Shown here: in pieces, positions 56,307 through 64,000 of the stretch
Numbering within the stretch: position 1 is the stretch's first letter
Layout of the letters: the number at the start of each line of letters is the position of its first letter
The notes under the pieces: model-generated
The model's database searches: none
Told to the model about the DNA's origin: nothing
The model's input: the letters and a program-made list of their open reading frames with translations, nothing else
Position numbers and translations under genes: made by a program
NCBI GenBank assembly: GCA_964035545.1
Contig: OZ037768.1
Location: forward strand, 12,967,675-13,031,674
Direction: 5' to 3'
Source: Bugula neritina
Lineage: Eukaryota > Animalia > Bryozoa
Length of the DNA stretch: 64,000 nucleotides

Positions 56307-59300
56307 TTACCATAAGACAGCCCTGACTTTAGTCTGCTGCCCACTTAGGCTACGTAGTACGCCAGCCTGCCAAGTACGTGCGTGCACGTTGGCAGTTGAA
56401 TTAGAAAAGAACGCTCTTCGCAGTGAAAGTGATTGTATAATACCCTTTTCACTAGCGAGCTGGCTTCGCTCTTTTCTTACCCCCGGTGGTGTTTTATATT
56501 TACACCACTGGGTAGGCAACTCACAATTGCGTCTCCTTATATCTCGGAAATGCAACTCTCAATTGCTCGTCCCCCCAGATTTCTTTTATGATAGCTGATG
56601 GATGTTTTTCCACTGCATCACACAAGAAATCTTTTAAATAAGATGGAGGCGCCCTAGTGCGTTGCCTACGCTCCAACTGCACTGGGGAATTTGCTACGAC
56701 TGGTGACTCTTCCACCACGGGTGGTGTCGCCAGTACGGGGGGGGTCCACCAGTACGGGTGGTCCTCCCCCAGCTGCCTCTTCCTCATGATTTTGAGGAAT
56801 TTCTATCTCATCCGGGACGATGGGCCTGTCGACCGGCTCCACAGGTGGTGGGACCGGCTCTGACAGGCCTTCAGGTGTGTCGGCCTCCTCCTCCTGGGGT
56901 GGAGAAGGCTGGGGCTGGTCGGCCGACGCATCAGCCGCCCCGTCCTGGTCTGGCAGTATCTCCTCAATCTCTCGATACGTCATGGCTCGCCCCCTCATAG
57001 GAGGGCGTCTAGCGGGCTCTAAGAGAGGAGGTGCTTGACCTGCCGCATCAGGACTTGCCCAGTGAGGTTTTAGCCGTGCCTCGTTCTGGATCGACACTTG
57101 TCCAGACCGTTCCACTTTATAGGTGTGATTTGGCAGTACCTCAATTACGCAGTAGGGACCTACAAACTTAGGCTGCAACTTGGCTGCCTGTCCGCGCCTG
57201 CGGCGATGACTGGTCATCCAGACCCAGTCCCCCACCTTGTATAAAGGTGGGTCGTCAGAGTGACCACTCCTGACCTGCCACTGCTGCTCACGTAGCACCT
57301 CGTGAGCCGTCCCCATGAGTTTTACGAGCTTGTCCACGTAGTCGTGGACATTGCTCTCGGGAGTCGGAACATGATAGATTATGTGCTCAGGAACCCTGGT
57401 TTCTCTCCCCAGCATAAGAAACTTAGGGGTCTCCAGTGTACTGGAGTGAGGGGTACTACGGTACGCTCGTATGATCTGCGGCAACACCAAGTCCCACTCT
57501 TCCTGGCTCCTACCGATAAGCAGGCTTCTCGGAGAGTCCCCTAGCATTCGGTTGTTCCGCTCCACAACCCCGTTCCCTTGCGGGTGATACGGGGTCGTCC
57601 GACTCTGGTTTACCCCCCACACTTTACAGAGATCGCTCATAAGTTGCGACTGAAACTGGGCACCTTGGTCAGAGTGTATCTGCTCCGGCAAGCCGAAATA
57701 GCAGAACACCTGCTGGTCCAAGGCTCTGGCCACCGAGGGGGCCGACGCATCTGGAATAGCCAGTGCATCAGCCCACCGCGTGAAATGGTCAGTTAATACC
57801 AGTATCCGGTCATTACCTCTCGCTGTTGTGGGCATGGGACCTACCAGATCGACAACAACTACCTGCCACGGACGACCGGCATGGAGGCGACGCCTCCCTG
57901 CGGTCTCAGTGGGGCGGCCATGCTTGCTAGCTTGGCACACCTCGCACTTCCGCACCCGGAGTCGGACATCCCGGGTCATACCGGGCCAAAACCACTGGAG
58001 TTGAAGACACTTAGTCACCCGGCTAGCTCCTGCGTGAGCTTGCTTATGGGTGTCCCAGATCAACTCCCGCCTCAGAGCTGACGGGCAGACTATCCTCTCT
58101 CGTTCACTGCGATTGGTGCCGGCTGCCAACGTGATCGTTAGCAGCCCATCGCTGTTGAACCTGAGGGAGTCCCAGCGGTCACAGAAGTACTTAAACTCAG
58201 CACTCTTCACTCGCTGTTCGGCCTCACTCGGCCGCCGTCCCTCCTTCTTGGCCCGGACTAGGTCAGCTACCACTCCTGGTAGCGTAGCCTGGAGCCGACA
58301 TAGCTCCCTGACGTTCTTGAGCAACGTGGAGTTTGCATGAAGGTTGTTCACAGCTTTGTTAGGAGATTCGGACAGGAGTTGCCCTTCTTCCCAGCTGTAC
58401 ACACCCGCTTTCCCCAACTGCGCTTCAACGTCCGAGCGAGGGGGTCCACCGTCCCTGCGCTCAATATTTTGGCACTGCTTACACCCATCTGCTTGGTGGC
58501 GGCTGAGTCCGTCGGCATTACCGTGTTTCTTACCGGGTCAATGTTCGATACGATAAGAAAACTCTGCCAGGATCTCTAGCCAGCGCGCTACTTGGCTTGA
58601 TGGTTCTGCCCGTCGACACAGCCATATCAAAGACGCATGATCCGTCCGAAGCCGGAATGTACGCCCATATAGATAGGGTCTAAAGTGTTTGACCGCCTTG
58701 ACTACTGCCAAGAGTTCCCTCCTGGTTGTACAGTAGTTCTTCTCAGGCGCCGACAGGGCCTTGCTATAGTAAGCCACCACCACCTCGCGACCATCTTTGA
58801 CCTGCGATAGCACAGCCCCCACATTATGGTTACTGGCATCAGTATCCAAAAAGTACTTCTTCGCAGGGTCAGGATACGCCAAGATGGGTGCTTCCACCAG
58901 GTGATCCTTTAGGTGGTCAAATGCCTTCTGCTCGGCCTGCGTCCACTGCCATCGCACCCCATTTGCTGTCAGCCAATTTAACGGCTGCGCAATTCCGGCA
59001 AAATCTGGTATGTACTGACAATAGTACCCTATCAGCCCCAGGAATGCCCGCAATTCAGGGAGGTCGACAGGGACGGCCCAGTCCCTCACAGCCCGTCCCT
59101 TCTCGGGGTCGGTGGCGACCCCGTCTCGACCAACTACATGTCCCAGGTACTTAACCTCGCGCGGCAGTAATGCACACTTCGAGGGCTTGAGCTTCAGGCC
59201 CGCAGCTCGAAGTCTGTCGAACACCTCTCTGAGTCGACTGACATGTGTGTCGAATTCGGGGGAGATGACGATGACATCATCGAGATAGATGAGCAAGGTC

Positions 59301-61829
59301 TTCCAGTGCAGCCCACTCAGGACCTGCTCCATGAGTCGCTGGAAGGGGGCCGGTGCGGACGTAAGTCCGAATGGCAACACCTTCCATTTCCAGAGCCCAT
59401 CCCGCGTTATAAACGCGGCCTTGTCCTGTGCTTCAGGACTCAGGGGCACCTGCCAATACCCGCTTAGCAAGTCCAACACAGGATAGTTAAGGGCATCCTC
59501 ACTAAGAATATCATAAATTTCTCTCAAAATGTAGTTCAGGTTCTTGAATAATATTGCTCTGCGGGTGGCATGCGTGTTGCCTACTTGCATTTGTTTAGCC
59601 CAAGATTAAACTACAGCCAATGAGCAGCAACCTTCATTAGGGCTGCGTTATCTATCAACATTCCATTATGGGTGCTACGTAAACAAAGTACAAAGCAAGC
59701 TATTCATAATAGCCTGCCAGCTAGCAAGCCTATAATTAGCATGTACGCGCCAATATCTTCTCATCCCTAAGTGCTCATTGAAGCGTGAAGCATTGCACGC
59801 TGCTAGTTTCTTATGAAAAAATATGGCATTTTCAGTGTATAAATCACCAATTTATGGGCAATCTAGCAGAGTTATTGGAAAATGAAAAAAACTTGCACTG
59901 GAGAAATATCTCAGGATTCTAGCAGTGCAATTTTTATTCAGATATCATGTTTTGCTGCAGAGATATTTTACTGGTACTGAAAAGTCAGCTTTTCTGGCAA
60001 AATTGGCCAAAATTGGGCAGTTTTTTGTCTATAACTTTGCAAAAAAAATGAAAATTGAAATTTCCAAAAAAGGTGCACTGGGGAAAAACAAGATCTACAA
60101 CATAGTTTTTAAATTTTGACTCTAGCACAATTAGGTGAGATTTTATTTTACTGGTACTGAATTCTTATATGATTACAATGCAAACCTCAGCAAGGCAGTT
60201 GCAGCTAAAAGGTTGCCCTTAACTATCCTGTGAACGTGCTGAAGAACTTGCTACCAGCTAAGGCATCGAGCGACTCATCGATCCTCGGGAGAGGGTAAGC
60301 ATCCTGGATGGTCACGCTGTTTAGCCTGCGGTAGTCAACGCAAAACCTCCAGCTACCATCCTTTTTCCGAACCAGGACGACTGGAGAATTCCAGGCCTCA
60401 TGGCCTGGCTCAATCAGGTCCCGGTTCAGAAGGTCTTGCACCTGACGGCTCACTTCTCTCTCCTTCTCAGGACCTAACCGGCGGGTCGGCTGCCGAATGG
60501 GCGCCGTCCCCGCCGCCAAGGGTTTCTCATGACAGACAGTCTTTGTCAGACCCATGTCATGGTCGCCGCAACTAAACACATCCTTGTACTCAGAGAGTAG
60601 CAGCGCCATCACCAGGCGTTCTCGCTTGCTCTCACAGCCATCACAGGCATCCTCGTACAACTCTGCTACGTGTTCAGGCACCGGCCCCCTGCCATCTCTA
60701 GTGGGTACTCACCGGGCGTCGTCCGCTGTTTTCAGCGCGGGCCCTACATCCTCCTCCTGTACGGAGTTGAACTTCCCTACTAGAGACCCAGCCGGTAATT
60801 CTAACGGCTCCGTGAAAGGGTTTACGCACTGGACCAGGAACTTCCCCCGCTCATCCAGCCTATTTAGACTGTTAGCGAGCTGGACGCCCCCCAGTGCACC
60901 TTCCACCACTCCGAGCTCCAAGATTTCCCTACAGTTCACTTTGCAGCGAACTGTATTCCGGGAGCGCCCAGGTACAGTACAGCGCTGTACCACCTGCACT
61001 CCCCCCACCAAGGGGCCGCCAAATCGGTCGACACAGGCCAGCTCACGCCTGGCCATCACTACTGCCGACTTGCTAAAGTCGATGTAGCACCTGTGTCGCT
61101 TCAGAAATGGCATGCCCAAAATGACGTCCTCCTTGAGTTGACTGACGATGAAGGTCTCACTGATCGTCTGATCACGGACTCTACCAGTCAACTGGATTAC
61201 CCCATAGAAAGGAATACACGACCCGTCCGCCAACATGCCGTGTTCCCCTTCATATGGTTCTAGGCTAGCCCTGTCCCTGGCACTGAGAGTGTCGAATAGA
61301 CGCCGACTCAGTAGATTTGTGGTGCACCCAGTATCCAACAGGAATGTGACAGCTTTGCCAGCAAGTTTGCCAGGGAGGAAATAGCTGCTTCCATATGGCT
61401 GAGCGCTCACTGAGCGGTTCGTCTCTTGAGGCGACACCTCATGTGCATGGAGTTGGGGATGCACCTGTGCTTTTTGGTTGCGAGGGGTCGTCGACGTTGC
61501 ACGGGCAGGCAGGGTACGTCTCGGTCTTGCTCACACACGGGCGGCCGAGTAAATTCTCGGACTGATGCTACTGTGGGCAACCGAGGAAAATCCCTGTTTT
61601 GCTCCCACTCGTCATTCACTCCCTCATCAAGCAAACCTTCAAAGCGGTTTTTGAGTGCCCAAGCCGGAGGTTTTGGTGGGCCTTGCGGCCTACTCACTCT
61701 TCTTGGGGCTTGCCACTCTGGCGAAAGCGGCCTCATCACCCGGTGGGGTGTGGGCCTTAGCCTCTGCCTTGGGGGGTTAAACTGGGGCCCACGGTCGGCA
61801 GAAGTTGCCGTGGGTCACCTCTGTTTAAC
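56307..61829 (-). pseudogene. pol: Pol of D, frameshifted and interrupted by a MITE
   Basis: LLDTGCTT, WRFCVDYRRLN, YLDD, DTDASN, DLVGP, SDQG, KFVGPY. Confidence 0.93.
59477..60232. mobile_element. Non-autonomous DNA transposon (CACTA/EnSpm-like MITE, 756 bp)
   Basis: Perfect 19-bp TIR CACAGGATAGTTAAGGGCA; 2-bp TSD AA; splits the RT motif FST|LDLLSGYWQ. Confidence 0.9.
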
Positions 61830-62675
61830 CGCCTCCCACTGCCGCGGGGGGCAACTTCGTATGAAGTGCCCACCACTACCACAGCCCCAGCATACGGGGC
61901 CGCGCCTGTCGTCGACAGCTACCGACGACCTCCTGGGTCTCTCGGCTGCCGACTGCTGGCGCAGTTGCCTGATCTCTGCTAGCAGTTCACGAATCAAGCT
62001 CGTGGTCAAGCTAGTAGATTTGTCTGCTGCTGCCGCTGCAACCTGTACAGCTGTCTTCGCCGGCGACAATGACACGTCGTCTGCCCCGACCTGCTGTATC
62101 GTGGCACCAGGTCGACTCGCACTATCGGCTTGGAAATAGGCATTCCCAAGCCTTAGAGCTCTCTCCATAGTCTCAACTTCGGCCACCAGCAGATGCTGTT
62201 TACGACCGAGATTGTTAATAGACTGGAGGAATGCATCCAGTGCTAGGCTCTGTCGACTGTCGGCAGGCAAGTCGCTGTAAGCGACTTGTGCCAGTCGTTC
62301 GACTGCGGTAGCATGCTCTCGCAGGTTGGTTTTAGGATTTCTCCTAAGACTCTGCAGTTGCACGCGAGCATCTCGAGCGGTTAATCCAAACCGAGCTCGT
62401 AGTGCTTCAAATATGTCACCGACATTCTGGCTTATCCCATAGGGTTTAGCCGGCCCTGTCAGACATAACCGCAGCTGGATCAGAGCAACCCTGTTCGGCC
62501 ATCCACAGATATCCGCCACATCACTAAACTCAGTGATGAATTGCTCCACATCTTCTTCCCCTGAGAAGATGGGAGCCCGCAAGTGGTACCTGTCCATAGG
62601 CAGCGCTAAGCCGCCTATGTGATCCTCCTCTATTGCGGCTGGCTCCTGTCTGGGCGCGTCGACTTCCTCGGCCAT
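61815..62675 (-). CDS. gag: Gag of D, with CCHC knuckle
   Basis: 286 aa; CWGCGSGGHFIRSC. Confidence 0.9.
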   Translation of the reverse strand: MAEEVDAPRQEPAAIEEDHIGGLALPMDRYHLRAPIFSGEEDVEQFITEFSDVADICGWPNRVALIQLRLCLTGPAKPYGISQNVGDIFEALRARFGLTARDARVQLQSLRRNPKTNLREHATAVERLAQVAYSDLPADSRQSLALDAFLQSINNLGRKQHLLVAEVETMERALRLGNAYFQADSASRPGATIQQVGADDVSLSPAKTAVQVAAAAADKSTSLTTSLIRELLAEIRQLRQQSAAERPRRSSVAVDDRRGPVCWGCGSGGHFIRSCPPRQWEAVKQR

Positions 62676-63208
62676 CCTACTCCCTGGCTAGGAGCATTTG
62701 TATTAAGTGGAATCCCACCGCTGCCACCACTGTAGTGAATTTTGCTCTTAACTATATTATATGTGGGTCAACTTAAACAAAGCCACTACACCAGGTTGTT
62801 TACGCTAAGATAACTTCATTATTTACACGAATACAAGAAGGTTATTTACTGCTATTATGAATAGAAAACGATTACATAATTAATGAGCTTTAATACACAA
62901 CTACTCTGAATGAAGTCCCAAGCTGCTCTGCCGGCTAGCTACTCAGCGCACTGCAACTACGAGTAGCTAGCTCCACCTGCTATCAATTAGTGTGTCTGTC
63001 CTGATTGATGGTTACTAGTGGTGCCACTGCTGTCCATAGCTACATGCCGATGTAGTCGAACTCACAATATAATAAACAGTATAGAGTGAACCTTTTCGAT
63101 TAATACCAATAATGATTGCACCACTAAAATCTATCACAGTATATAGTTTTACAGTAAGTGATTCCAATAGACAATGGACACCATCTTAGGATAGCTAAGG
63201 TTGGCTAT

Positions 63209-64000
63209 TGTTGTGAGTTTTAGCACAATTATCAAGCGTGGATTGCCTGCGTATTTAGTTTCAATTTAACTAGCAACTACTAACAGAGCTTGCGTACGAT
63301 AACCTTTATTTAATTCGATAAACATAATTATAACAGTATGTCAAAACCACAATACATCAATCAATTATAACACGTCTTACTACTACGAGCCCCTGCTCTC
63401 AACACACATGGTTTCTGCTAGCTAACCCGCGAACAGTCACTTGACCGGAACCTTGCCTTCCGGTCCTTCTGATTGGATAGTAAAACATAGTTATAAGTAT
63501 TCCCATACAGGAGGGGACGAATCCATTATTATGCTACGTAATCCCATTACACCGCCCCCACCAGCAGAAAGACCTACTTTCTGATAAAAACAAAAATAGT
63601 ATAATAATGCAAAAATAACATAAGTCAAGAAAATCCACAAAGAGAAAGAAAAGAAATATCAAACGTACGACATATGTGATATACAAGTAAGATAACGAAT
63701 GGCCAGCGTACAACTGGCCAGCTATAAAGAGAGAGTCCTGGATCGTAGGTCATTAGTAGTCGAGCATTTACACGATCACAACAAAGTATCCTGGGAACAT
63801 GCGGGGTGGAATTGGCAACTGCCAGCTCCTATTTTTGCGGGGACTGGATCCGGTGTCGTGCCTGCCGTGCACGTAGCCTACGCTTTAGGCGTCCTACTGA
63901 GCCCTTCAATTCACTAAGACCCATTGTAGTACTGAGTAAGTCGGGTGCCAACTGGGTGAATTCATCCTGCAGCCGCAGGAGTTTTTCTTCGACGGTTGCT
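63209..64000 (-). mobile_element. Family A copy A3, 3' end (3' LTR 63209-63551, PPT, ORF3 C-terminus ~63829-64000)
   Basis: Same flank and CTAT as A2; near-identical to 30268-31059. Confidence 0.95.

Larger units (their letters stand above)
56070..63044 (-). mobile_element. Ty3/Gypsy family D (3' LTR missing, left boundary approximate)
   Basis: 5' LTR 62731-63044 (TGTAG..CTACA); PBS; gag; full pol domain set with frameshifts. Confidence 0.9.

Overview
AT-rich animal (probably invertebrate) genomic DNA, not prokaryotic. The window holds about two units, plus the edge of a third, of a 31-33 kb tandem segmental duplication. Each complete unit carries a spliced minus-strand 'mini-ankyrin' gene: a short N-terminal helix plus Cys-Cys, about 6 ankyrin repeats and a single ZU5 domain, with one GC-AG intron. 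Each also has an orphan TMEM120-like last exon and a Penelope RT fragment. The array is packed with related Ty3/Gypsy LTR retrotransposons, here called A (3 copies), B (2), C and D, plus a solo LTR and an orphan 3' LTR. Families A-D share a tRNA-Leu PBS and a G-TTA-AAC plus hairpin gag/pol -1 frameshift signal. Where the ends are intact there are 4-bp TSDs and a hairpin-PPT cassette. Most notably, families A, B and C each carry a third gene in the env position that is not env. It is a sense-strand, apparently intron-split gene for a ~250-270 aa (A, C) protein with tandem zinc fingers and a C-terminal coiled coil/basic tail, and it stays intact in A and C although their pol is broken or deleted. 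Also present are a CACTA-like MITE inside an RT gene, a Penelope 3' end with a hammerhead ribozyme inserted in a (TA)n tract, and several microsatellites. All family assignments come from motif recognition by eye; no searches were run.
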